Part shown: piece by piece, positions 19,378 through 31,282 of the stretch | How positions within the stretch are numbered: position 1 is the first letter of the stretch | Layout of the letters: each line of letters begins with the position of its first letter | Assembly (NCBI GenBank): GCA_013698095.1 | Contig: JACCVQ010000120.1 | Location: forward strand, 2,350-66,349 | DNA length: 64,000 bases | Reading direction: 5' to 3' | Source: Chloroflexota bacterium | GTDB taxonomy: Bacteria > Chloroflexota > Limnocylindria > Limnocylindrales > CSP1-4 | Notes under the pieces: generated by a model | The model's database searches: none | Told to the model about the DNA's origin: nothing | Seen by the model: the letters and a program-made list of their open reading frames with translations, nothing else | Translations under genes and position numbers: made by a program

Positions 19378-20186
19378 GCGGCCCACTCCCGGCCTGGAGC
19401 GAGCCGTTCGCGGCCGATCATCGAGCGACTCTCGATCGCACCGCGCCGTTCGCGGCCGTCGATCGCGGCTGGGCGTTCGGTGCCGGGGACGGCGCAGGCG
19501 TCGTCGTCGCGGTCGTTGACTCGGGAGTCGAGGGTGGCCATCCCGCGGTCGGCGGCGCGCTGCGCGAGAGCGTCCGGGTCGAGCTCGACGGTGACGACGC
19601 GGTAATCATCGCCGACGATCCGACCGATGCGGTCGGTCACGGCACCGCGTGTGCCGGGATCGTCCATGCGCTCGCTCCGGCGGCGACGCTCCTCTCGGTC
19701 CGCGTCCTCGGGACCGACAATCGGGGCAAGGGGCTTGCGTTCGCGACCGGCCTGGACTGGGCGATCAACAACGGCGCCTCGGTCATCAACCTCAGCCTGT
19801 CGTCGCGGAGCGAGTCGATGTACGCGACCTTCCACGATCTTGCCGATCGGGCGTACTTCGCGAACGCGCTCCTCGTCTGCGCGGCGAACAACGTCGCGGT
19901 TGCGAGCTACCCGTCGCTGTTCGCCGCGGTCGTGTCGGTCGCCGCCCACGACGTTCGCGATCCGGACATCTGGTTCTACAACCCCCATCCCCCGGTCGAG
20001 TTCGGGGCGTACGGCTTGGACGTCGACGTGGCCTGGAAGGACGGCGGCCGGATCGTCGCGACCGGCAACAGCTTCGCGGCGCCGCACATCGCCGGTCTGG
20101 CGGCGCGCATCCGGGCCGCCCATCCGGGGGCATCGCCGTTCGAGATCAAGACGATCCTCGCCGCGACCGCCTCGCCGCCGGCCTGA
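19374..20186 (+). CDS. S8 family (subtilisin-like) serine peptidase, catalytic domain only, no signal peptide
   Basis: Catalytic triad motifs VVDSGV (Asp), HGTACAG (His) and GNSFAAPH (Ser). ATGA overlap with the GAF gene. Confidence 0.8.
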   Translation: MSGPLPAWSEPFAADHRATLDRTAPFAAVDRGWAFGAGDGAGVVVAVVDSGVEGGHPAVGGALRESVRVELDGDDAVIIADDPTDAVGHGTACAGIVHALAPAATLLSVRVLGTDNRGKGLAFATGLDWAINNGASVINLSLSSRSESMYATFHDLADRAYFANALLVCAANNVAVASYPSLFAAVVSVAAHDVRDPDIWFYNPHPPVEFGAYGLDVDVAWKDGGRIVATGNSFAAPHIAGLAARIRAAHPGASPFEIKTILAATASPPA

Positions 20187-20296
20187 ACCGGACAGACCCG
20201 GACCGAGCCGGACAGAGCCGGACAGAGCGACGCCCCGTCCGTGCCCGGGACGGGGCGCTGGGTGAGGGGTCTATCACCCGGAAATGGGCGCAGGTG

Positions 20297-20623
20297 TCAG
20301 CGAACGTGGCCCTCGACATCATCGTCAACCACTTCGCCGCCACCGGACGGCCGGCGGAAGTCGCCACCGGTGCCGGGGAGTCGCGCGGGGACCGGGCCAA
20401 CGCCGTGGCCTTCGACATCGTGCTCGGTGCCGTCGACCTCGCCGCCGCCTGACGGCCGGCGGAAGTCGCCAGCGGTGCCGGGCAGACGCGGCGCGAAGCC
20501 GTCGCCCGACCGGACACGGTGGCCTTCGACGTCACCGGTCACGTTCAAGCCGTCGTTGGTGTTGACCACGGCATCGGGCTCGCCGGTGACCTGTTCACGG
20601 GGCAGGCGAGAGACCTTCTTCAT
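20297..20623 (-). CDS. small acidic Gly/His-rich protein (108 aa) with ~35-aa internal tandem repeats, no Cys and no TM
   Basis: AGGAAAcggtaATG RBS. Repeats RLPGT[AG]GDFRRPSGGGEV and three DVEGH motifs. Seven nucleotide differences between the repeat copies, six synonymous in this frame. Confidence 0.55.
   Translation of the reverse strand: MKKVSRLPREQVTGEPDAVVNTNDGLNVTGDVEGHRVRSGDGFAPRLPGTAGDFRRPSGGGEVDGTEHDVEGHGVGPVPARLPGTGGDFRRPSGGGEVVDDDVEGHVR
20312..20556. repeat. imperfect tandem direct repeat (~105-bp period, about 2.3 copies) inside the small protein gene
   Basis: gacggccggcggaagtcgcca[c/g]cggtgccggg... recurs at 20346 and 20451. Confidence 0.6.
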
Positions 20624-20894
20624 TACCGTTTCCTCCATCGTGACCCCAACCCGGGCATTCCGCCCGACTCGTATCGTCGTGCTACATGGGCCACGATACG
20701 CGCCCCGGCCCGCTACGTGCAGCCGCGGCGTGACGGCCTGCGTGTCAAGTGCGGCACACGGCGCCGGGCGCCCCATCGCGGCAACGATTCGGGCGCCCAG
20801 TGGACCAGGCGCGGCGGAGAGCCGTGCCCGGCGCTCTTTCGGGCGCCCGGTGACCGAACGGACGGAGGAACGGGTGCCGGACGTCGAATCGTGG

Positions 20895-22772
20895 TCAGTA
20901 GCTCTTCGGGAGCGCCTCGGCGCTTGGCCGCGCCGTCCGGAGGTCCTTGAGCGATGCCTGGTCAACACCGGAGAACCGAGGGAGATCGGCGCTGTTCGTC
21001 CGGCTCAGTCGCGCGGTCAGGGTCGAGAGGAACAAGGATCCCAGCTCCGGAACCGCCATGAGCGAGCGAAGGGTGGCCGCCGGGACCTCGACCACGGTCG
21101 TGGCTTCCTCGGCCACCACCGTCGCCGTCCGGCGGCTGCCGGTCAGCGCAGCGATCTCGCCGAAGAAGTCACCGGGCGCCATCGAAGCCAGTGATCGGTA
21201 GCTGCCGTCAAGATCGGGCGTGCCCGCCACGGCTCGGCCGTCCAGGATGAAGTAGGCCGCGTCGCCGACCTCGCCCTCGCCGACGATCGTCGTTCCGGCC
21301 GGGACATCGCGGACGGTCGAGGCCGCCAGCAGCGCGTCGCGCGCGCCGGCATCGATCCGCGCCAGGGCCGGCAGGTGACCGGCCAGCCTGTCGAAGTCGG
21401 CGAGCGTGACCTTTCGGAACGCGACCGCGCCGGCCGGTTGATCCTTCGCCCGGCGGAGGGCCGACATCGCCTGGAGCCATTCCGTGGCCGGCCGGCCGAG
21501 CCCGGGCATCACGGCCGTGACGAGACCGGCGACGACGAGCACGAGCGACGAGACGACCACGAGGATTCGGACGTCGATGATGTCGGCCAGACCGGCGAGG
21601 GCGATGCCGACGAGGAAGACGACATCGCGGGCGACCGCGAACGCCGCGAACACCCGGCCGCGGAGTTCGCGCGGCGTGTTGCGCTGGAGGAGGACGCGCC
21701 GGGTGATCGAGGAGGGAGCGTTGAAGAAGCCCGAGATCGTGACAAGGATGATCGCCACAGGAATGGTCGTCGCAAAGCCGTACGCGACCCCGGCGACGCC
21801 CATGGCGATCGTCGCAACGACGATCCACGATCCCTCCCGGAAGCGATCGGCGAAGCGGGCCATCAGGAGGCTGCCGACCACGAACCCGACCGACGTCATG
21901 CCTTCCTGGATGCCGTACTCGAACTCGGAGGCATGGAGCGCATCGATCGCGAACGGCAGGAGCAGGACGTTCCACAGGCCGAACGAGAAGTAGACCGGCA
22001 CGCCGCTCAGGAAGAGGGATCGCAGGAGCGGCGTGTGGACGAGCGTCGACACGCCTTCTTTCAGGTTCTCGACGACGACCTTGATGCTCGTGTCGCCCTC
22101 GGCCTCGATCTTCCCGACCCCCACGAACAGCAGGAGCGCGGCCGACACGAGGAACGTCACGCCGTCGAGGTAGAACGCCCACTCGATGCTGAATGCGGTC
22201 GCGAGCAATCCCGACAGGGCGAACCCGATCGAGGTCGAGCCGAAGGAGCTGATCATGATCCACGAGTTCGCCGCTGCCAGTTCCTCGTCGGTCGCGACCT
22301 CGGGCAGGAGGGCGTCGTTGGCCGGGTTGAAGAACTGCGAGATCGTGCTCACCGCCGCGACGGCGAGGTACAGCAAGACGATGTTGATGCTGATGAGGAA
22401 CGGGATCGCGAACACGATCCCCGCCCGAACCAGGTCGGCGATGATCATGATCTTGCGCCGGTCGTAGCGGTCCACGAAGACGCCCGCGAATAGCCCGATC
22501 AGGAGCGTCGGGATGGCCGTCGCCGCGAACATCAAGCCGACCGCCAGAGCGGAGCCTGTAGCTGTGAAGACGAGAATGCCGGCGGCGAGGTCGGTCAGGG
22601 CGGTCCCGATCGTCGACACGAGCTGGGCCGACCAGAGAAGCCGGAAGTCGCGCTTCCGGAAGACCGAGAACGGCGACGGAGCGCCGGCGGCGACCGCTCC
22701 GCCGTCAAGCGTCGTCGCCCCGCCGTCCAGGGGCTGCCCGTCGGCGCCACTTCCTGTTGCCGAATCGGTCAC
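20895..22772 (-). CDS. MFS transporter fused to a C-terminal cyclic nucleotide-binding domain
   Basis: Twelve-TM MFS core followed by a cNMP-binding motif (GDFFGEIAALTGSRRTATVVA). GTG start at 22772 with GAGGAAG RBS. Confidence 0.8.
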   Translation of the reverse strand: MTDSATGSGADGQPLDGGATTLDGGAVAAGAPSPFSVFRKRDFRLLWSAQLVSTIGTALTDLAAGILVFTATGSALAVGLMFAATAIPTLLIGLFAGVFVDRYDRRKIMIIADLVRAGIVFAIPFLISINIVLLYLAVAAVSTISQFFNPANDALLPEVATDEELAAANSWIMISSFGSTSIGFALSGLLATAFSIEWAFYLDGVTFLVSAALLLFVGVGKIEAEGDTSIKVVVENLKEGVSTLVHTPLLRSLFLSGVPVYFSFGLWNVLLLPFAIDALHASEFEYGIQEGMTSVGFVVGSLLMARFADRFREGSWIVVATIAMGVAGVAYGFATTIPVAIILVTISGFFNAPSSITRRVLLQRNTPRELRGRVFAAFAVARDVVFLVGIALAGLADIIDVRILVVVSSLVLVVAGLVTAVMPGLGRPATEWLQAMSALRRAKDQPAGAVAFRKVTLADFDRLAGHLPALARIDAGARDALLAASTVRDVPAGTTIVGEGEVGDAAYFILDGRAVAGTPDLDGSYRSLASMAPGDFFGEIAALTGSRRTATVVAEEATTVVEVPAATLRSLMAVPELGSLFLSTLTARLSRTNSADLPRFSGVDQASLKDLRTARPSAEALPKSY

Positions 22773-22904
22773 GGAATCGCTTCCTCTCAGGGCCGCTCGG
22801 TTGGCGCCGCCCGCATGCGTCGGTACCCCGGTTGACTGCGGCCGAGTGTACCGAACGAGACAGGCCACGGCCGGCCGACTGCGGCACTCGCTCCAGCGGG
22901 CCCG

Positions 22905-23492
22905 TCAGTCCCGGGCGAACGGGACGGGCAGCTGGACACCCTCCCGGGCCAGGAGCTCGCGCTTGATCTCGAGGAGCTCCTCGCGGCTCCCGAACCAGTC
23001 GCCGCCGTAGCCTCCGATCGACCCGTCGCCAGCGATCACCCGGTGACACGGGATCGCAAGGCCGATCGGGTTGCGACCGACTGCCCCGCCCACCGCCCGC
23101 GCCGCGCCGGGCCGGCCGATCGTCCGAGCCAGCCGGCCGTAGCTCGTGACCTCGCCCCAGGCCAGGCCGTGCACCCCGCCGAGCACCGCGCGGTCCCATT
23201 CGCTGCGGCCGGCCAGATCGAGCGGCAGCGCCGCGAGCGCGAGCGCGTCACCCGCGTCGAACGCCTCGAGCGCAGCCACGGCCCGATCGAGCATCGGACT
23301 CGTCCCATCGACGAGGCTCCGGCCGGTCCGGCAGGCGACGTCGGAAGTGAACGGCTCACGTGGCGTCCGAATGGCGATCCCGACGACCGCATTCTCCGAG
23401 GTTGCAACCTGAACTGGCCCCCAGCGGCCACCGACCGTCGTCGCGACGAAGGTCCCACCGGCGCCGCCGTGTTCGAAATGAGGTGGCTGCAC
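22905..23492 (-). CDS. ogt: methylated-DNA--protein-cysteine methyltransferase
   Basis: Active-site motif IPCHRVI and HTH-like DNA-binding region. Confidence 0.85.
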   Translation of the reverse strand: MQPPHFEHGGAGGTFVATTVGGRWGPVQVATSENAVVGIAIRTPREPFTSDVACRTGRSLVDGTSPMLDRAVAALEAFDAGDALALAALPLDLAGRSEWDRAVLGGVHGLAWGEVTSYGRLARTIGRPGAARAVGGAVGRNPIGLAIPCHRVIAGDGSIGGYGGDWFGSREELLEIKRELLAREGVQLPVPFARD

Positions 23493-23634
23493 CGGTCAAT
23501 GATCCGATGCCGCGGCCACCGGCGCCGAGCGGTTCCGGGATCCGGACGTGCAATGTACCTGCAAGCGCGTGCCTGCTTCCTCGCTTCGCGCCGAGACGCA
23601 TCGCCGCCGATTCTGCCGTCAGGAGCGGAAGACC

Positions 23635-23871
23635 ATGGTTTTTGACGATGGACCGCGGCCCACGCTCGTCCTGAACCCGCCCGACGACGACGCATTCCGC
23701 TCGTTGGCCGAAGGTTTGGTCCAGGACGGCGCCCAGCGGCCGGAATTGTTGCAGGCCGCCCTACGCGGGACGTACAGTCACGCCCTCGTCCGGCCCCGTG
23801 AGCTTGCCGGTGAGCAAGCTCACGTGTGGTATGTCTATCGCGACGGTCACTGGATTCGCCCTGCTCGCTGA
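23635..23871 (+). CDS. hypothetical small protein (78 aa)
   Basis: AGGAGCGGAAGACC-ATG RBS; coding-like GC3. Confidence 0.4.
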   Translation: MVFDDGPRPTLVLNPPDDDAFRSLAEGLVQDGAQRPELLQAALRGTYSHALVRPRELAGEQAHVWYVYRDGHWIRPAR

Positions 23872-23905
23872 GAGAGACGAACCCTCGACCAGGAGGAGGG
23901 ACCCT

Positions 23906-24163
23906 ATGAACGAAAAGGCCGACGGCCCGCCCGGGCGGAGAGACCTTTCCGACGAGGCGGACAACGCAGCCCAGGACCTCAAGGCCACCGCCGACGCGAT
24001 CCGCGTCGACATCGGAAGGCTGGCGGTGATCGAGGACGAGAAGCTCGCCCTCGACCCCGAGGATCCTCGCGTCGACGAGGCGTCCGATGAGGCCGTTGTG
24101 CTCGCCGATCGGATCGGCATGCAGGCGCGCGCCGAGCGCCAGTTGAGCCGCGAACTGGGGTGA
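23906..24163 (+). CDS. hypothetical acidic small protein (85 aa), no Cys/His
   Basis: AGGAGGAGGGACCCT-ATG RBS. Not a CsoR or CopZ homolog. Confidence 0.4.
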   Translation: MNEKADGPPGRRDLSDEADNAAQDLKATADAIRVDIGRLAVIEDEKLALDPEDPRVDEASDEAVVLADRIGMQARAERQLSRELG

Positions 24164-24201
24164 CCTCAGACCGCATCGCGTGAGGTCGGCACCGCCCTGA
24201 T

Positions 24202-24216
24202 ATACTCCCCGGGAGT

Positions 24217-24218
<2 letters not shown>
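24202..24218. promoter_or_regulatory. perfect 17-bp palindrome ATACTCCC-C-GGGAGTAT overlapping the copA start codon (candidate CsoR-like operator)
   Basis: Eight-bp arms around a central C, with the ATG at 24217 inside the right arm. Confidence 0.4.
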
Positions 24219-26930
<2,712 letters not shown>

Positions 26931-26934
<4 letters not shown>

Positions 26935-27424
26935 CATCCCCGTGGCCGCGTGCCCGCATCCCGGTCTCAGACCGACCCGACCCGCGCGACCTCGCGGGCG
27001 ACTTCGGCCACCGCCACGTCTCGCAGGTGCGCTTCGCCGACACCGACGCGATGGGCCATGTCAACAACGCCGTCTACCTGACCTACATCGAGTCGGCTCG
27101 GGTCGCGTGGTGGGCCGACGTGACCGGCGAGGCGATCCAGCGCGAGCCGGGCCGCGCCGAAGGGTTGATCCTCGCCGAGGCGGACGTCGCGTTCCGGGCG
27201 CCGGTCTTCCACGGCGAGACGGTGACCGTCGAGACGCGTCCCACGCGGATCGGGCGGACCAGCATCGCCTCACGGCCTGCCGGGCCGGTGGTCCGTCCCG
27301 CCTCGCTGCAACGTGCCGGAGCGTGATCGTCCGCTACGACTACGTCAGCGAGGGCCCGGCCCCGCTCGACGCTGAGCTCATCGCCCGGATCGAGGCAGCA
27401 GAGGGCCGCTCACTCCGCGACTGA
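26931..27424 (+). pseudogene. 4HBT (YbgC-like) acyl-CoA thioesterase, frameshifted near 27255-27265
   Basis: N-terminal part (FADTDAMGHVNNAVYL...TRIGRTSIA) in frame 26931. The conserved C-terminus (HRLT...CRSVIVRYDYVSEGPAPLDAEL) continues in the -1 frame (26942-27424 ORF). Confidence 0.55.
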
Positions 27425-27447
27425 GTCTCGCGGGCCGTGGACGCCGG

Positions 27448-28785
27448 TCAGGTCTCGACCGCGCGGAAGATCGTCACGGCGTTCTGGCCGCCGAAGCCGA
27501 AGCCGTGAACGGCGACCGTATCGACCTTTGCCTTCCGAGCGGTCAGCGGCACGTAGTCCAGGTCGCACTCGGGATCCGGCGTGTCGAGATTGGCCGTCGG
27601 CGGGATCACCTGGTCACGGATCGCGCCGATTCCGGCCAGAGCGGATGCGATGCCGGCAGCTCCGACCAGGTGGCCGATCATGGACTTCGGCGAGCTGATC
27701 GCGACCTTCTTCGCGTGCGCTCCGTAGGCGACCTTGATCGCTCGCGTCTCGGTCAGGTCGTTGAGGGCCGTCGACGTCCCGTGGGCCACGATGTAGTCGA
27801 TCTCGTCGGGCGCGACGCCGGCATGGCGGAGAGCATTCGTCATCGCCCGGCTCTGGCCCCGGCCGGTGGGCTCGGGGGCGCTGATATGGAACGCGTCTGC
27901 GGTCAGGGCGCCACCGATCACCTCGGCGATCGGCGTCGCGCCGCGCTCCAGGGCGTGGGCCAGCGATTCGATCACGACGACACCTGCGCCCTCGCCGAGG
28001 ACGAACCCGTCACGATCGCCGGCAAACGGGCGCGAGGCGGTCTCGGGCGAGTCGTTGCGCTTCGAGAGCGCGCCCATGTTGGCGAGCGCCGCGACCCCCA
28101 TCGGCACGATGGGTGCCTCCGAGCCGCCGGTCAGGACGACATCGCACTCGCCGGTCCGGATCAGGCGGAGCGCATCGTGGAAGGCGATCACCGAGGTGGC
28201 GCAGGCCGCGACCTGGGTCATGACCGGGCCCGTCAGGCCCCACTCCATCGACAGCAGCGCCGCGCCCATCGAGCCCGACAGGGCCGGAACCGCGAATGCG
28301 GACACGAACCGCGGGCCCTTCGCGTCGTGGACGTGGGTGCCGTCGATGATCGCCTCGATACCGCCGCCGCCGGTGTTCATCACGACCCCGACGCGATCAC
28401 GCTGGTCCTCGGTCATCGCCGCGAAGTCGATGCCGCTGTGAGCGACGGCCTCCTTGCCGGCGGCCATCCCGAGGTGGATGAACCGGGTCATCCGGCGGGC
28501 CATCTTCGCGTCCATGTGGGCTGTCGGGTCGAAGTCGAGGACCTCGGCCGCGATCCGGACCTCGAACGCCGACGCATCGAAGCTCTGGATCAGACGCGTC
28601 CCGGTCACACCGGCGACGAGGTTCGACCAGTACGTCGGGAAGTCGTTCCCGATCGGCATCACGGCTCCGAGACCTGTGACCACCGCCCTCCGGGACGGAT
28701 CTGTTTCAGGCAACGTGGTTCGCTCCTCGCGGATTAGTGCCGGGATTGTAGTCAGCGGACACGGATGTCGTGCCTGAACGACCAT
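27448..28785 (-). CDS. beta-ketoacyl-ACP synthase II (FabF/KasB-like); start could be TTG 28713
   Basis: RRAVVTGLGAV..., active-site Cys in ACATS, HGTSTALND, GHLVGAAG. Confidence 0.85.
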   Translation of the reverse strand: MVVQARHPCPLTTIPALIREERTTLPETDPSRRAVVTGLGAVMPIGNDFPTYWSNLVAGVTGTRLIQSFDASAFEVRIAAEVLDFDPTAHMDAKMARRMTRFIHLGMAAGKEAVAHSGIDFAAMTEDQRDRVGVVMNTGGGGIEAIIDGTHVHDAKGPRFVSAFAVPALSGSMGAALLSMEWGLTGPVMTQVAACATSVIAFHDALRLIRTGECDVVLTGGSEAPIVPMGVAALANMGALSKRNDSPETASRPFAGDRDGFVLGEGAGVVVIESLAHALERGATPIAEVIGGALTADAFHISAPEPTGRGQSRAMTNALRHAGVAPDEIDYIVAHGTSTALNDLTETRAIKVAYGAHAKKVAISSPKSMIGHLVGAAGIASALAGIGAIRDQVIPPTANLDTPDPECDLDYVPLTARKAKVDTVAVHGFGFGGQNAVTIFRAVET

Positions 28786-28902
28786 GGCGGCGTTGCCCGC
28801 CTCCGGCCCTCGCTCACGACCGTCCGAGGTCACTCGCTCCGGTCCCCGGCGGCGCCTTGCCCTGGTCGCCCAAATCACAACGAACGCAGTCGCACCCGTG
28901 CC

Positions 28903-30177
28903 TCAATCGCCGTCGTAGCGCTTGAAGATCACCGCCCCATTGTGGCCACCCAGGCCGATGTTATTGCTCAAGGCGTATCGAACCTCGTGCGCCGTCGCCT
29001 CGGTCACGACCCACAGGTCGCAGTCCGGGTCGGGGTCGCGGTAGTTGATCGTCGGCGGGATGCACTGCTCGGCGACCGACATCACGGTGGCGAAGGCCTC
29101 GAACGCCCCGGCCGCACCCATCATGTGGCCGGTCATCGACTTCGTCGCGCTGATCGCGAGCGAGTGGCGCGAGCCGGCGGCCCGATCGCCGAAGACGGTC
29201 CAGAGAGCCTCCGCCTCACGCTGATCGCCGAGCGGCGTCGAGGTCCCGTGGGGATTGATCAGGTCGACCTCGTCGGCGGGCACCCCGCGTCGCTGGAGGG
29301 CCATCTTCATGGCCCGCGCCGAGCCGGTCCCGCCCGCGATCGGCTGGATCATGTCCCAGCCGTCTGCCGCCGAGCCGTAGCCCGCCACCTCGGCGTAGAT
29401 CTTCGCTCCGCGCGCCTTCGCCAGCTCGAGGTCCTCGAGGAACAGCCCGCCCGCACCCTCGCCCAGGACGAACCCGTCGCGGGTCTTGTCGAACGGTCGC
29501 GACACGGTCTGGAGCGGTTCGCCGGGCCGCGGCATACCCATCCCGCGCATGTTCGTGAAGCCGGCGTGGGCGGTCTCGAGGAGCGGCGCCTCGGTCGAGC
29601 CCGAAATCACCGCGATGCAGTCGCCGCGGCGGATCGCCTCGGCACCCTCGGCCACGTTGTGGGTGCCGGTTGCGCAGGCCGACACGATGCAGACGTTGTG
29701 ACCGATCGCGCCGGTCTCGATCGCGAGCATCCCGGATGCGGAGTCGACGAGGGCGTTCGCGATGAACGTCGGCGGAACGGCCCTGGGACCCTTCTCGTGG
29801 AGGTTGACCCAAGCGTCGATCATCAACTGCTGGCCACCCGCCCCGGACCCGAAGACGACTCCGACCTCCTCGCGGTTCTCGTCGGTGATCTCGAATCCGG
29901 AATCCAGAAGCGCCTGCTTGCCGGCGGCGACGCCGAAGTGCATCGCGCTCTCGCTGCGCCGGACGGCCTTCGGGTCCATCCATTCGGCGGCGTTGAAATC
30001 GCGGACCTCGCCAGCGGCCTTGGCTTCGTACCGATCGACCGGAAAGCGGGTGATCTCGGCGAGCCCGGACGTGCCCCGGACGAGATTGTCCCAGGCCGTC
30101 TTGACGTCATTGCCGACGGGGCTGACGACACCGAGGCCGGTGACGACGACACGTCGGGTGTAGTCGGGAGTGCGCAC
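28903..30177 (-). CDS. beta-ketoacyl-ACP synthase (FabF/KasA-like)
   Basis: RRVVVTGLGVV, SACATG, HGTSTPLGD, GHMMGAAG. GTG start with AAGGA RBS. Confidence 0.85.
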   Translation of the reverse strand: MRTPDYTRRVVVTGLGVVSPVGNDVKTAWDNLVRGTSGLAEITRFPVDRYEAKAAGEVRDFNAAEWMDPKAVRRSESAMHFGVAAGKQALLDSGFEITDENREEVGVVFGSGAGGQQLMIDAWVNLHEKGPRAVPPTFIANALVDSASGMLAIETGAIGHNVCIVSACATGTHNVAEGAEAIRRGDCIAVISGSTEAPLLETAHAGFTNMRGMGMPRPGEPLQTVSRPFDKTRDGFVLGEGAGGLFLEDLELAKARGAKIYAEVAGYGSAADGWDMIQPIAGGTGSARAMKMALQRRGVPADEVDLINPHGTSTPLGDQREAEALWTVFGDRAAGSRHSLAISATKSMTGHMMGAAGAFEAFATVMSVAEQCIPPTINYRDPDPDCDLWVVTEATAHEVRYALSNNIGLGGHNGAVIFKRYDGD

Positions 30178-30202
30178 GCGGGCGAGTCCTTTCTGGGACG
30201 GA

Positions 30203-31171
30203 TCAGGCCGTGGTGACGGTCGCGAACGGAACGAGCAGCCGGTCCGTGGCTGCGGGGTCGTCGAGCGGCAGCGCGGCGGCATCCGGCGCGATCCGCTTGA
30301 TCAGGCCGGTCAGGACACGGCCCGGCCCGACCTCGAGGAAGGTGTCGATGCCGGCCGCGGTCATTCGCTCGACCGCGGCGATCCAGTTCACGCCGGCAGT
30401 GAGGTGGTCGACGAGCTCGGTGCGGGCGCCGTCGGCAGTCGTGATGAGTCGGGCGTCGGGGTTGGCGATGAGGGGCAGGACCGGGTCGCGAAACTCGATG
30501 TCGGCAAGGATCCGGCGCATGCCGGCGGCGGCCTCGGCCATCAGGGGTGAGTGGGCGGCGACCGATACGGGCAGGACGATCGCCTTGCGCGCGCCGAGTT
30601 CCCGGGCGATGTCTGCGGCCGCCACGATCGCGGCTCGCTCGCCGGAGACGACGACCTGGCCCGGGGCGTTTCGATTGGCGACGCCGACGACGCCGTGAGC
30701 CGACGCGCGCTCGACGAGGGCCGGCAGGGCGGCGTCGTCGAGGCCGATGATCGCGGCCATCGCGCCGTCACGACCGGCTCCCGACGCCTGCATCAGGCGG
30801 CCACGCTCGCGAACGAGGCGGACTCCGTCGTGCAGCGAGATGACCTCGGCGGCGACGAGGGCGGAGTACTGGCCCATCGAGTGGCCGGCTGCAAACGCGA
30901 CGGCCGGCTCGGTGATCTCGAGGCTGGTCCAGCGCTCACGGATCGCGGCGAGGTAGGCGATCGAGGTCGCGAGGAGCGCCGGCTGGGCGTTCTGCGTCCG
31001 GTCCAGGGCGTCGGCCGGGCCATCGAACGTGAGGGCGCTGATGGGTTCGCCGAGAGCAGCGTCGGCGGCAGCGAAGATGGCAGCCGCAGCCGGCGAGGCC
31101 GAAGCGAGTGCGCGTCCCATGCCGACCGACTGCGAGCCCTGTCCCGGAAAGACGAAGGCAGTCGTGGTCAT
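30203..31171 (-). CDS. fabD: malonyl CoA-ACP transacylase
   Basis: FVFPGQGSQ, GHSMGQYSA and AHSPLM motifs. Confidence 0.85.
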   Translation of the reverse strand: MTTTAFVFPGQGSQSVGMGRALASASPAAAAIFAAADAALGEPISALTFDGPADALDRTQNAQPALLATSIAYLAAIRERWTSLEITEPAVAFAAGHSMGQYSALVAAEVISLHDGVRLVRERGRLMQASGAGRDGAMAAIIGLDDAALPALVERASAHGVVGVANRNAPGQVVVSGERAAIVAAADIARELGARKAIVLPVSVAAHSPLMAEAAAGMRRILADIEFRDPVLPLIANPDARLITTADGARTELVDHLTAGVNWIAAVERMTAAGIDTFLEVGPGRVLTGLIKRIAPDAAALPLDDPAATDRLLVPFATVTTA

Positions 31172-31282
31172 CGTGCTCAGAGTAGACCGCGCAATCGTCG
31201 ACACACGGCTCGGCCTGTGCGCGAGTGCACGGATATTCCTCGTTCGGTCCATACTCCGCTCGATGAGGCGGGCAAGCGACGG

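Noticed and set aside
20241-21194. Plus-strand ORFs across the tandem-repeat region (317 aa, 93 aa, and a frame reading ...AFDIVLGAVDLAAA)
   Set aside because: Differences between the two repeat copies are synonymous only in the minus frame. The plus frames are Pro/Arg/Ser-rich or interrupted by a stop, and they lack a start with an RBS.
28713-28800. tRNA-like or riboswitch element upstream of the KAS gene (ggttcgctcc...gggattgtag)
   Set aside because: No cloverleaf-compatible T-arm or anticodon structure is found. The region is better explained as the 5' end and alternative start region of the KAS gene.
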